Assembly: GCF_009914755.1 (NCBI RefSeq)
Contig: NC_060932.1
DNA: 64,000 nt
Reading direction: 5' to 3' (one strand)
Source: the human T2T-CHM13v2.0 reference genome, Homo sapiens
This document shows positions 12,662 to 24,828 of this stretch, one piece after another; the first letter of the stretch is position 1, and each line of letters starts with the position of its first letter. The translations under genes were made by a program, and so were the position numbers. The notes below the pieces were generated by a model. The model searched no databases, was not told the DNA's origin, and was given only the letters and a program-made list of their open reading frames with translations.

Positions 12662-14561
12662 TTTTTTTGTTTTGTTTTGAGACAGTCTTGCTCTGTCACC
12701 CAGGCTGGAGTGAAGTGGCACAATCTCAGCTCACTGTAGCCTCTGCTCCCAGATTCAAGTGATTCTTGTGCCTCAACATCTTGAGCAACTAAGGCTACAG
12801 GTGTGGGCCACCATACCCAGCTAATTTTTTTGTATTTTTAGTAGAGACAGGGTTTCACCATGTTGCCCAGGCTGGTCTTGAACTTCTGAGCTCAGGCAAT
12901 CTGCCAGCCCTGGCCTTGCAAATTGCTGCCATTATAGGATCCTTCGGGGGTGGTTTTTCTGGTGAGAAATCCCTGTGGCCGGTGGCGCCTTTGCCTGAGT
13001 TTTGCTTAGGCCCACTGGACTCATTCTGCCCACCTGACCTGGCAGGCCGAGCTTGGCTCGTGCTACCAGCCTGGATCCCACGCCTGTCAAACTCAAGCCA
13101 GGTGCGGAGTAGCAAGGGGTGTGTGAGCAAGCGAGTGTGGGGGTCTGGCCACGGTGCACAGTCAGGTACGCCGGCTGCTGCAGTGGGGCAGGTGCACCAG
13201 GTGCTGGCACAGGCACAGGCTCTCTGTGAGGCTATGGCCAGACCAGGCATGCTACAAGCAGCTTCCGTGGCTGTCACCAGGGAACACAGTGGCACCCGGA
13301 AGCTTGGAGACTCCAGGAACCACAGGGCCCCAAAGACTGAGTCACAGCCCTGGCTCAAGGAGCTCCCAGGTCTGGGCTCCCTAAAAGGCTACAGTTCTCT
13401 CCTTCTCTTCAACTGCAACATGGTGAGCAAGTGGCATGTTTCCGCCCTGTTTCTGTTATAGCTCTTTCAGCCCTGCCACTTGGCAGGTCCCAAGTTTGTG
13501 TCCTGTGTCCAGGAAGAACAAGGTACAAAGACAAGTAGAGAGTGAGCAAAGTCAAGAGGAGCTTTACCAAGTGACAGAATAGTTCCAAGGAGGCACTGGG
13601 GTGGATAGCTCCTCTCCTCAGGTAGATCATTCTGTCATCTCTGCAGCTCTCAGCACAGAGGAGGCCCTGGAGTGGGTAGCTCCTTTCTGCAGCTGGTCAT
13701 CCTGACGTCTGCAGTAGGTAGCTACTCTCTGCAGCCAGTCTTCCCAATGTCTGCAGCTCTCAGCAGAGACAAGACCCTAGAGTGGGTAGCTCCCCTCTGC
13801 TACTGGTCATCTGGACATCTGCTCAGCTCTGGCTGAGCCCGGGGCAATTATGGGCCTCAGAGGGTAGGAAGTGCATGCTGATTGGTCCATGAGCAGGCCC
13901 AGAAAAGGCACCACAAGTTCTCACTCCAGTCAGTGGGACTGGCAGCCTGGCCCCCAGCCTTCAGGCGCTCCCTGGCCTGAAGTGCCAAGCTGCCCTCAGT
14001 GCCCCCATTGGCTTCCCTCCTATGCTTGTCAGTGCCCAAAGTACAGAGGGGGTCAAGGTGGCAGGGGCTTGGTGTGTCAGCACTGCCACAAGTGTGTGCA
14101 TACCTGGCCAGGCTGTGACAGCATCTGGGTCTGGCCCTGACTTTGCTCTAAGATCAGAATGGGCACCAACAGCAGGGAGAAGCCATGCAGCAGGAGTAGG
14201 CACTTCCAAGCCTGCAGGGGCAGGAGGTGCCTTCCTGGGCTCCCAAGAGTGCAGGGATGCCTGGGTCCACAGCCACAGTTTGGGCAGCTGCACCCAGGGA
14301 TTGGGGCTCTTACCTGCTCCATGCAGCGGAAGCCCAGGTCCATGGTGACAACTTGGGCAGCTGTGGCTGAACCAAGGGAGCTCCCATCCCACCAACTTGA
14401 AAAGGATGGGGATCCCACTTGTCCCTGGCTTCTGCCAGCTCTGTGGAATGTGCAGCCCTGGCCATGCCTCTCCACTGCAGCTGGCAAAATGGCAGCAGCT
14501 GCTCCAGACTAGCTGCCATTGCCATCACTAGGATTACAGGTGTGAGCCAGTATGCCCAGCC
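12662..14561 (-). mobile_element. AluJ-like SINE split by MER52 (parts 12662-12929 and 14528-14561)
   Basis: Alu stops at gccttgcaaattgctg and resumes ctaggattacaggtgtgagcc; TSD tttactccagtt on both sides. Confidence 0.9.
12930..14527 (-). mobile_element. MER52A-like solo LTR (ERV1)
   Basis: Reverse complement begins tgatggcaatggcagctagtctggagcagctgctgcc; ~1.6 kb GC-rich with internal ctcctctctgcagct repeats. Confidence 0.85.
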
Positions 14562-15299
14562 TTTACTCCAGTTTTTAATATCTTGTCCCTCATTTCCACC
14601 TAAGACCACATCAGAATGGCCTCTACATCCTATATTTCTACCAATCTTCTGATCTTAACCGCTTAAGAAATTTCAAAGAAGTTTCAAACTTTTCCTGTAG
14701 CTCTTCTCTTCTAAACCTTCACCAGAATCACCCTTAGTGCTTTTTTACAGCAATACACCTTTTTTCTATTATTGCTTGATCCTCGTAATTCTTCTAGCCT
14801 CTACTCATTCCCCAGTTCCAAAGCCACTTCTATATTTTCAGGTATCTGTTATAGCAACAGCCACACTTCACACTACCAATTTTCTGCCTTAGTCCATTTT
14901 ATGCTGCTATAACATAATACCACAGACTAATTTGTAATAAATAGAAATTTATTTGGCTTACAGTTCTGAAGGCTGGGAAGTCCAAGATCGAGGGACTGCA
15001 TCTGTTGAGGGCCTTCTTGCTGCCTCATAATATGGTAGAAGGCATCACATGGTGAGAGAGTGAAAAGGAGGGCCAAACTCACTTTCATAACAAACCCACT
15101 GTCACGATAATGGCTTTAATCCATTCATGAGAGCAGAGCCTTTGTGCCCTAATCACCTTTTAAAAGTCCCACCTCTCAACAGTGTTGCATTGAGGATTAA
15201 GTTTCCAACACATGAACTTGGGGGATACATTCAAACCATAGCACCTGGTTCTCTCCCTCCCCTTCTACTATCCTACCTGTCATAATGCTTCACTCTCTC

Positions 15300-15465
15300 T
15301 CCCCACTCTGTGCAGCCACTGGACCAACAGCAGTAGCTTCATCTGGAGAGCTTCATAGAAATGCAGACTTCTGGGACCCATCTCAGTCCTATATAATCAG
15401 AATCTGCACTTGAACAAAATTAAATTGATTTTATTTGCTCATTAAATTTTAGATGCTCCAGTCTA
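15300..15465. mobile_element. MER5A-like hAT DNA transposon relic
   Basis: gagcttcatagaaatgcagacttctggg...atcagaatctgcac. Confidence 0.7.
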
Positions 15466-16055
15466 ACATACTTTCAGCAGGTGATCTAATTCCCTGCCTC
15501 CAGTTTCTTCATCTGTCAAGTGAAGGAGAAGGAGAAGAAGCTCTCTAAGAGTCCTACAGCTCCTAAGTTCTCTAATGCTCTGCCTTCTCTCCTTCATAGT
15601 TGCCTTGAATTTTCCCCAGAGTTCTCCTGTGGTTCTACCATGAAGGCAGGGAAAAATTGATGGCAGATATAAAGATACATTTTATCCCTTTCAATATTAA
15701 TAACCATAAATGAGACTTTTTAACTCAGGAGAGGCAGGGCACTGGTTTTGCAGCCGAGTCATTTGATCTCTGTCCTAATTGAGCACATGACTTTTAGTCG
15801 AGTTCCAGAAATATGACACTTGCACTGAGATCTGTGCCACAAAAAGGCTCAGAGATGTGTTTTGTCTTGTCTACCTGGGGTGAAAAAATGAAAGACACCT
15901 CCCCATGGGAGAAAAAAGCACAGACTTCTTTGGAATCAATTGATCTAAGTTCAAGTTCTAGCCCAGCCCTTTATTTTATGCATTTTTCAGTATGCTCATC
16001 TTAAACTGGGATTGCTGTGCCATGGGTTGCTGTGAGGCTTACATGAGATAATCTC

Positions 16056-16451
16056 TGCAATGGTTTGAATGCTTCTGTTTCTGTCCCCTTAGAATTAATG
16101 AGTTGGAAGCTTAATCTCCAGTGCAACAGTATTGGGCAGTGGAGCTTAATGGGAGATGTTTAGGTCATGAGGGCCCCATCCTTATGCATGGGTGAATGCC
16201 ATTATAGAAAGGGCTGTGGGAATGAGTTCACTCTCTCCTGCTCTTCTGCCTTGTGAAGACACAACGTGCCTCCACTCCTGAGGAAAAAGTGCTCAAGGTG
16301 CCATCTTGAAAGCAAAGAGACCAAGCCTTAACTTTCAGTGCCTTCATCTTGGATTTCCCAGCCTCCAGACTGTGAGAAAATAAATTTCTATTCTATATAA
16401 ATTACCTAATCTGTGGTATCCTGTTAAAGCAGCACAAAAGAGACTATGACA
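16056..16451 (+). mobile_element. MaLR solo LTR (MSTD/MLT1A-like) inserted in a MIR (~15920-16515)
   Basis: tgcaatggtttgaatg...cagcacaaaagagactatgaca; MIR sequence on both flanks. Confidence 0.8.
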
Positions 16452-16849
16452 AACTTTGTGACATGCTTAGCCCAGAATGAGCTCAATAAATTATCTGTGT
16501 TTTTGTTATTGTTACCCTTTCATTTCTAAAACAGGGAAGCATTTAATTATCCCAAAGGGTTGGTGTAAGTACTAAATAATATATACAGATACATTTTAAA
16601 AATAGTTACAAATTACCCAATATTTCCTTTTTTGTTTTTACTTTTATTGATCATCCATAAGGGCAAATACTGAGCAAAGGTCTTAAGTGTCCACCCCCTA
16701 AAAACTTGAAGATAAAAATGAAGGTAAAAAGAAGATAAGCCAAAAGGAGGCATGGCTCCATTCAAACTTGATGCCCCTACATAAATTTGAAGGGTCACCA
16801 CCAATCAATATTTAGCTTTACCAATAATGTTTATTAATATTTATCAATC

Positions 16850-17654
16850 TTATTAATCAAAGTTCTCCAGAGAAACAGAACCAATAGGATGGGGCTGCTC
16901 ACTGAGGGAGAGACGGAAGTATTTATTTTAAGAACTTGGCACATGCATTGTCGGGGGCAAGTTCCAAATCTGCAGGCAAGGCCAGCAGGCTGCAGACTCA
17001 GGGAGCTTACGGAAGAGTTGATGTTGCAGCTCGAATACAAAGGCAAAATCCCCTCTTCTTTGGGGAGGTCAGTCTTCAACTAATTGAATGAGGCCCACCC
17101 ACATTATGGAGAGTGATATGGTTTGGATCTGTGTCCCCCGCAAGTCTCGTGTCGAATTGTAATTCCCCAGTGTGGGAGGTGTGGCCTGGTGGCAGGTGAT
17201 TGGATCATGGGGGCAGAGTTATCATACACCCTTAGTGCTATACAGTGAGTAAGTTCTCATGAGATCTGGTTGTTAAAACTGTGCAGCACCTCTCCCTCTC
17301 GTGCTTGTGGTCCTGTTCCTAGCATGTAAGACACCTGTTCCCATTTTGCCTTCCACCACAAGTAAAAGCTCCCTGAGTCCTCCCCAGAAGCAGATGCTGC
17401 CATGCTTCTTGTAAAGCCTGTGGAACCATAGCCAATTAAATCTTTTTTCTTTATAAATTACCAGTCTCAGGTATTTCTTTATAGCAGTGTGAGAATAGAC
17501 TAATGCAGAGGGTAATCGGCTTTACTCAAAATTCCACTGATTTAATGTTAATCTCTTCCAAAAAGTATATTTGCGGCAACATCCAGACCAGTGTTTAAAC
17601 AAATATCTGGATGCTGTGGCCTAGCCAAGCTGATACATAAAACTAACCCTCACA
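16850..17654 (-). mobile_element. MLT2-family LTR (ERVL) interrupted by MSTA
   Basis: gttctccagagaaacagaaccaatagga...tgaggcccacccacattatggag / ggtaatc...aactaaccctcaca. Confidence 0.8.
17114..17507 (+). mobile_element. MSTA-like MaLR solo LTR
   Basis: tgatatggtttggatctgtgtcccc...gactaatgca; 5-bp TSD gagag/gaggg. Confidence 0.88.
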
Positions 17655-17802
17655 CTATGCTATATATAAATAGGTGTGCCATACAATTTTTATGATATCA
17701 TTGTCTTCTCAGCTCCATAGGCCTCTTATTCTTTCAGATAAACCAGTGGATTGCTTGGTTCTGTTTGTTCATGCAACTACAATAAGGCACTGATAGGTCC
17801 CT

Positions 17803-18144
<342 letters not shown>

Positions 18145-19159
18145 TAAAAGTTGGAACAAATGGCTCTGACAGCTTTTCTATTTTTTCTCCCCTCTCGCTC
18201 CTTATTCTGTTAGTATTTAATATCATTTTAAGTAACAGAGAGAACAGATAACTACCATTCCCTGTAGGTGATGATTTATTCTAACAATATATTTTCCTAA
18301 TTTCAAACTAATTTTCCTTCTCCCATTAGCTATGGTAGATCTGTCAAGAGAATGTTATTGCATTAAATGATAGTTGTGTCATGGCCAGTTGCAAAGGCAC
18401 CTTCTCATGCTCAGGGGTCATTAATGGAATCCATCTTCAAGAGGTCAGCTCATCCCCTCAGTGCTCTGCTGTGCCCAAAGACAGTCAGTCTAAGACAAAC
18501 GGGGTTAGTTGTCCTATGAAGACTTCATTAGGCACTTTAAAGTCTAGACAGAAAAATGAGTTGTCAAGGAAACTGGTTAAACTCATTAAAAAAAGATGAT
18601 CCTAGTATAGTGGACTGACAAAAAAAAGGGGAATTTTTTTTTAAAGATGCTTGCTTTTACTTATATAATAATCTTATAACCATTGCTACTGCCCCCCAGT
18701 AATGTTTGTTGTGTAAATGCTGTTAACACAGATGTCCCTGCAGCATGGAACCACAGCCTACATGTGCTGTCCCTTTAGGAGAGATTCTCATAAACCTTTA
18801 AGTGACAAAATTCTTCTCTTACAATATTAAGGGGATTAAATAACACATACAAAGTGGCTTGAAACTGTAAACAACTATTCTAAAATAAAAAGTTTATTTA
18901 ATTTTTTAAAAAACTGGCTTGGAAGCCCTTGGGAATCCAATCTTACCTGACACAGATAAATAACCAAGCGTAAAGAACATCCAGTAACTGTATGTGCTGG
19001 ATTCAGACAACGTCCTCTGATGCTCATACCCACACCTTGAAAGGCTCCCGCATCTCATGCATAGCCCACTTCCTTAAACCAAAGAAATCCTTGGGTTTAC
19101 AGTGCAGGGCACAAAGCTGTACCACAAAGCACATCTGTTATAGCTTCTAGAGAGATGAT

Positions 19160-19350
19160 TTGGCAATAATGAGTTGTGAAGCTGAAAGAAACTTTTCTAA
19201 ACCATCAGTAATAACAATAGTACATTTTGATCAACCATGAGAAAAAAAACTAAATTGTCTTTCTATTCTTGCTGTAGAAAATATTACAAAATTGTCATAG
19301 GAAGAGATAGTAAAGAATTTACAGCCAAAAATGTAAGGGAAAATACTATA
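19160..19350 (+). mobile_element. hAT DNA transposon relic (transposase C-terminal dimerisation region)
   Basis: agttgtgaagctgaaagaaacttttctaaa translates to SCEAERNFSK, followed by degenerate STM...LSILAVEN; hATC signature. Confidence 0.7.
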
Positions 19351-19534
19351 GCAAGCGTCAGGTATTTAATTTTGTAATGTTTATTACTTCTACCCGTTTT
19401 TTAAAACCTGTATTTTGCTGCGATTTGTTGGTATTTACAATTCTGTATCTCGTTTTGTATCTTTCACTTTATATTCTTTGTCTTTAATAAATATCAAAAT
19501 TTTACCAGCTTTTGCCCTTTCAAAATTGAGTTCT

Positions 19535-19922
<388 letters not shown>

Positions 19923-20884
19923 CTATCCAAGTTTCTATCTCATAGTGATTATTCCTTTTATTCCCACAAGAATACAAATTTACCTTAGTTTGAGAAATAC
20001 ATAATAATCTTTATACAAGAATTGTCACAAAACAGTAGTGTCTGTCACACGGTAATTTCAATATAATAGTTACTAAATGTTAATTAAGAAAATGCTTATA
20101 ATACATGCTGTGGCAGATTCTATTTCCTCCTTTTCTATAAATAATAATGAGAGCATATACTTTATTTGAGCTAATATGACTGCATCATGAATTCTTAAGT
20201 GGAAGACAATACAATATAAATATTAGCAAAATGAAAACTGAAAATATAGCACCCAAGTAATGATAATTAACAAGATGTGTTCACCTAAATAAAACTCTCA
20301 TGCTATTAATTAAGCCCTCATAATTAAAAAAAAGAAAGGAAAAGAAAGGAAGGGAGGGAAAAGAAAATTACCTTTCATCAGCTCATTAGAGACTGGTTTT
20401 AAGAGAGAGTAAAGAGAAAAATAAAGAGGCAATTTTTTAAGCATAATGCTTTGCGTCTTTAAACTAGAAAAAAATTTTTTTGGATAGTTATTTATTTACT
20501 TATTTATTTATTTTTATTTTATTTTATTATTACACTAGAAAATTTTTAACAAATTAAAAATTTGGTTCCTTGAAGATGATGCAATCTAGATGGAGATGAA
20601 AAACAAAAAACACACATTATCATATTCACAAGGTGAAATGCCAAAGTATAGGTAGCATTATAAATATGACACTATTGTGATTTATTAAATCTAAAGATTG
20701 TCATGATTTTATAAAATCACTTCTAGACAAAATAGCAATGTTTGTGGATTTATTAAGAAATTCCTCACCAAGAGTTTTAATAGCATCTGGCTAATAGATT
20801 CTATCACAACTTTTGCCAACTTTTCACTAAAATGTTTACATAAATACTTGGAAAACAAAAAATACATAGCAAAATTACAATAAT

Positions 20885-22000
20885 TGTCTTAGTCTGTTTT
20901 GTGCTGTTACAACAGAACACCTAAGACTGGATAATTTATAATAAACAGAAATTTATTTGACTCATGGTTCTGGAGGCTGGGAAATCCAAGATCAAGGGCC
21001 ACATCTAGCAAGGGCCTTCTTGCTGCATCATCCCATGGTGGAAGGGCAAGAAAGCACATGTAAGAGAGCAAGAGATTGCTCAATTTCACTAATCATTAGG
21101 GAAATGAAAATTAAAACCACAATGCAATACTATCTCACACCTGTCAGAATGGCTATGATTAAAAAGTCAAAATAACAGACACTGGTGAAATTGTGGAGAA
21201 AAGGGAACATTTGTACACCGCTGGTGGGAATGTAAATTAGTTCAGCCACTGTGGAAAGTAGTCTGGAGATTTCTAAAAGAACTTAAAGTAGAACTACCAT
21301 TTGACTCAGCAACCCCATTACTGGGTAAATACCCAAAGGAAGAGAAATCATTCCACTATAAAGGTGCATGCATATGTTCATTACAGCATTATTCACAATA
21401 GCAACGATGTGGAATCAACATTGATGTCCATCAACAGTGGACTGGATAAGGAAAATGTGGTACATATATGCCAGGGAATAGTACACAGCCATAAAAAAGA
21501 ACAAGATCCTGTCATTTGCAGCAACATGGATGGAGCTGTAGGCCAATATCTTTAGTGAATTAACACAGGAACAGAAGACCAAATACTGCATGTTCTCACT
21601 TATAAGTGGCAGTTAAACATTGAGTACACATGGACACAAGAAGGAAAGAACAGACCCTGGGGCCTACTTGAGGGAGAAGGGTGAAGATCAAAATACTACA
21701 TATCAGGTAGTATGCTGATTACGTGGGTAACAAAATTACCTGTAAACCAAACCCCTGAGACACACAATTTACCCATGTAACAAACCTACATACATACCCT
21801 TTGAACCTAAAATAAAAAGAAGAAAAAAAAGAGATGGAACTCACACAGCCCCAAGTGCTTTTAGCATCAGCATTAATCTATTCATAATGATGGAGCCCTC
21901 ATGACCTAAACACCTCCTCTTAGGTCCCACCTCCCACACTGTTGCATTGGGGCCTAAGTTCCAACACATGCTTTTTGGGAAACACTTTCAGATTATATCA
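20885..22000 (-). mobile_element. MST-family solo LTR interrupted by an L1 3' fragment
   Basis: tgtcttagtctgttttgtgc... to ~21075; resumes ~21830 with ggtcccacctcccacactgttgcattgggg. Confidence 0.8.
21076..21830 (+). mobile_element. 5'-truncated L1 (old L1PA/L1PB 3' end)
   Basis: ORF2 end (SLIIREMKIKTTMQYYLTPVRMA), 3'UTR and A tail; aagagat on both flanks. Confidence 0.88.
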
Positions 22001-22189
22001 ATACTAGTTGGAGAACTAAATCTGTCTCTCTCAGAGGTTGGCAAACCATGCAGACTGAACAGCATTTGAAAAACACAATTAACAGATTTATATATGAGAT
22101 AAAAAGTCACTGTGTGCACCACAAAAAAGAATGCATATTTTTCTGAACTCCTATATATTATAAAATAAATCAACTAAGCATGAAATTAA

Positions 22190-22785
22190 CGAGCCAGAAA
22201 GAGAATAACAAAATAAGTATCAACAGAAGGAGAATGAAGGAAAAAAGAAGCACAATGTAGGAAAAAATTAATGGAATAGAACACACTGAAGAGTAGACAA
22301 GATCAAGAAAATCAAAAGCTAGTTCTTTCAGAAAACAAATGAAACAGATAAACCTTTGGCAGTTCCAATGACAAAAAAGAGAAAAGACATAAATTTAAAT
22401 ATGAAAATAAAAAACAGAATGTAATAGCAAATAGAGATACACAAGAAGATGTTAGAATTATAAGAAAATGCTATGTAAAATTTTATAGAAATAAATTAGA
22501 AAATTTAAATGAAATGAATAATTTTTAAGGAAAAGATAATTGTTAAAATTAACTCAAGAAAGTCTTAGTCTGTTTTCTGCTGTTATAACAGAAAATTGCA
22601 TAGATAAATAACTGTGGCGAAAAATGAAAAAGCAGCCACAGATCTATCTAATCCTAATATGAAGGCATTTAGGCCACTAAGTTTGGAGTGAGTGTTATAA
22701 ATTGCTTGAGAAACAGATCGAATGTATGATATTCACATCCTTTCAGAGCACAAATAGGAAACTTCTCAACTGGTTCTGCTAATCT
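22190..22785 (+). mobile_element. Ancient L1M ORF2 fragment (continues patchily at ~26160-27400 and 28750-30290)
   Basis: A-rich degenerate ORF2 phrases (aaaagctagttctttcagaaaacaaat, aaattagaaaatttaaatgaaatg). Confidence 0.6.
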
Positions 22786-22854
22786 ATCTGTGTAGATAAA
22801 ATTGATTTCATCTTGGATACTAATCTGCCAGGTTGACTTCTGATTAGCCCCAGT

Positions 22855-23576
22855 TGTTGTGAGAAGTCAGGGACCCCGAATGGAGGGACCGGCTGGATCC
22901 GCGGCAGAGGAACATAAATTGTGATTATTTCATTTTAATATGGACATTTATCAGTTCCCAAATAATACTTTCATAATTTCTTAGGCCTGTCTTACTTTAA
23001 TCTCTCAATCCTGTTATCTTCGTAAGCTGAGGATGTACCTCACCTCAGGACCACTGTGATAATTGTGTTAACTGTACAAGTTGATTGTAGAACGTGTGTT
23101 TGAACGATATGAAATCAGTGCACCTTGAAAAAGAACAGATAAGGACTGAGATACACCCTGGTCTCCTGCAGTACCCTCAGGCTTACTAGGGTGGGGAAAA
23201 ACCCAGCCCTGGTAAATTTGTGGTCAGACCAGTTCTCTGCTCTCGAACCCTGTTTTCTGTTGTTTAAGTTGTTTATCAAGACAATACATGCACTGCTGAA
23301 CACAGATCCTTATCAGTAGTTCTCCTTTTTCCCTTTGAAGCATGTGATCTACTCCCTGTTTTTGCACCCCCTCCCTTTTTGAAACCCTTAATAAAAAACT
23401 TGCTGATTTGAGGCTCAGGTAGGCATCACTGTCCTACTGATATGTGATGTCACCCCTGGCGGCCCAGCTGTAAAATTCCTCTCTTTGTACTCTTTCTCTT
23501 TATTTCTCAGCTGGCTGACACTTATGGAAAACAGAAAGAACCAACATTGAAATATTGGGGGCGGGTTCTCCCGATA
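22855..23576 (+). mobile_element. MER11 LTR copy 1 (HERV-K11/HML-8), internally deleted
   Basis: tgttgtgagaagtcagggaccccgaatggagggaccggctgg...gggttctcccgata. Confidence 0.9.
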
Positions 23577-23841
23577 TTTTTGAAGCCTCTTAAGCTCATT
23601 TATCCATTGTGCCTGGAGCTGAGGCGTTAGATCAGGTGGCAGAAACTCTTTCTGGACTAAACCCCACGACTTGGATTAAGTCTATTGGGTGCTGCACTGT
23701 AGGAAATTTTGGAATCATGTTTCTCTGTTTAATCGGCTTGTTTTTAGTGTGCCAGACCAGTCAAAGAATCCTGCCTCAAAACCAAGAGAATGTACAAGCC
23801 TTCATCGCCATGGCACTGTTATATAAAAAGAAACGTAGAGA
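23577..23841 (+). pseudogene. env: HERV-K11 (HML-8) env C-terminal fragment plus polypurine tract, copy 1
   Basis: VPGAEALDQVAETLSGLNPTTWIKSIG...FLCLIGLFLVC (betaretroviral TM/cytoplasmic tail), then aaaaagaaacgtagaga before the LTR. Confidence 0.8.
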
Positions 23842-24564
23842 TGTTGTGGCAAGTCAGGAACCCTGAATGGAGCGACCGGCTGGAGCCATGGCAGAGGAAA
23901 ATAAATTGTGAAGATTTCATTTTAATATGGATACTTATCAGTTCCCAAATAATACTTTTATAATTTCTTATGCCTGTCTTATTTTAATCTCTTAATCCTG
24001 TTATCTTCGTAAGCTGAGGATGTACATCACCTCAGGACCACTGTGATAATTGTGTTAACTGTACAAGTTGATTGTAAAATGTGTGTTTGAACGATATGAA
24101 ATCAGTGCACCTTGAAAAAGAACAGATAAGGACTGAGATACACCCTGGTCTCCTGCAGTACCCTCAGGCTTACTAGGGTGGGGAAAAACCCAGCCCTGGT
24201 AAATTTGTGGTCAGACAGGTTCTCTGCTCTTGAACCCTGTTTTCTGTTGTTGAAGATGTTTATCAAGACAATACGTGCACTGCTGAACATAGACCCTTAT
24301 CAGTAGTTCTCCTTTTTGCCCTTTGAAGCATGTGATCTACTCCCTGTTCTTACACCCCCTCTCTTTTTGAAACCCTTAATAAAAAACTTGCTGGTTTGAG
24401 GCTCAGGTGGGCATCATGGTCCTACCGATATGTGATGTCACCCCCGGTCGCCCAGCTGTGAAATTCCTCTCTTTGTACTCTTTCTCTTTATTTCTCAGCT
24501 GGCTGACACTTATGGAAAATAGAAAGAAGCTACATTGAAATATTGGGGGTGGGTTCCCCTGATA
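23842..24564 (+). mobile_element. MER11 LTR copy 2, with the same internal deletion as copy 1
   Basis: tgttgtggcaagtcagg...gggttcccctgata; junction gaacag|ataaggactgag. Confidence 0.9.
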
Positions 24565-24828
24565 TTTTTGAAGCCTCTCAAGCTCATTTATCCATTGTGC
24601 CTGGAGCTGAGGCATTAGATCAGGTGGCAGAAAGTCTTTCTGGACTAAACCCCACGACTTGGATTAAGTCTATTCGGTGCTCCACTGTAGTACATTTTGG
24701 AATACGTTTTTCTGTTTAATTGGCTTGTTTTTAGTGTGCTGGACCAGTCAAAGAAACCTGCATCAAAACCGAGAGAATGAACAAGCCTTCATTGCCATGG
24801 CACAGTTATATAAAAAGAAATGGAGAGA
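24565..24828 (+). pseudogene. env: HERV-K11 env C-terminal fragment plus polypurine tract, copy 2
   Basis: FEASQAHLSIVPGAEALDQVAESLSGLNPTTWIKSI...FCLIGLFLVCWTSQRNLHQNRENEQAFIAMAQLYKKK, frameshifted. Confidence 0.8.

Larger units (their letters stand above)
2177..15243 (-). mobile_element. Two-LTR MaLR retrotransposon (MST family, LTR-int-LTR), interrupted by later insertions
   Basis: LTRs at 2177-2539 (tatcttagtc...aaaccacagca) and 14885-15243 (tgccttagtc...aaaccatagca); MST-int-type sequence at 2540-3890, 12461-12660 and 14562-14884 reads continuously across the insertions. Confidence 0.85.

Noticed and set aside
12855-14652. Cluster of 90-181 aa ORFs
   Set aside because: Essentially all within the GC-rich MER52 LTR, overlapping in several frames with no recognisable domain.
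19160-19350. Domesticated hAT transposase gene
   Set aside because: Only a short, frameshifted C-terminal relic.
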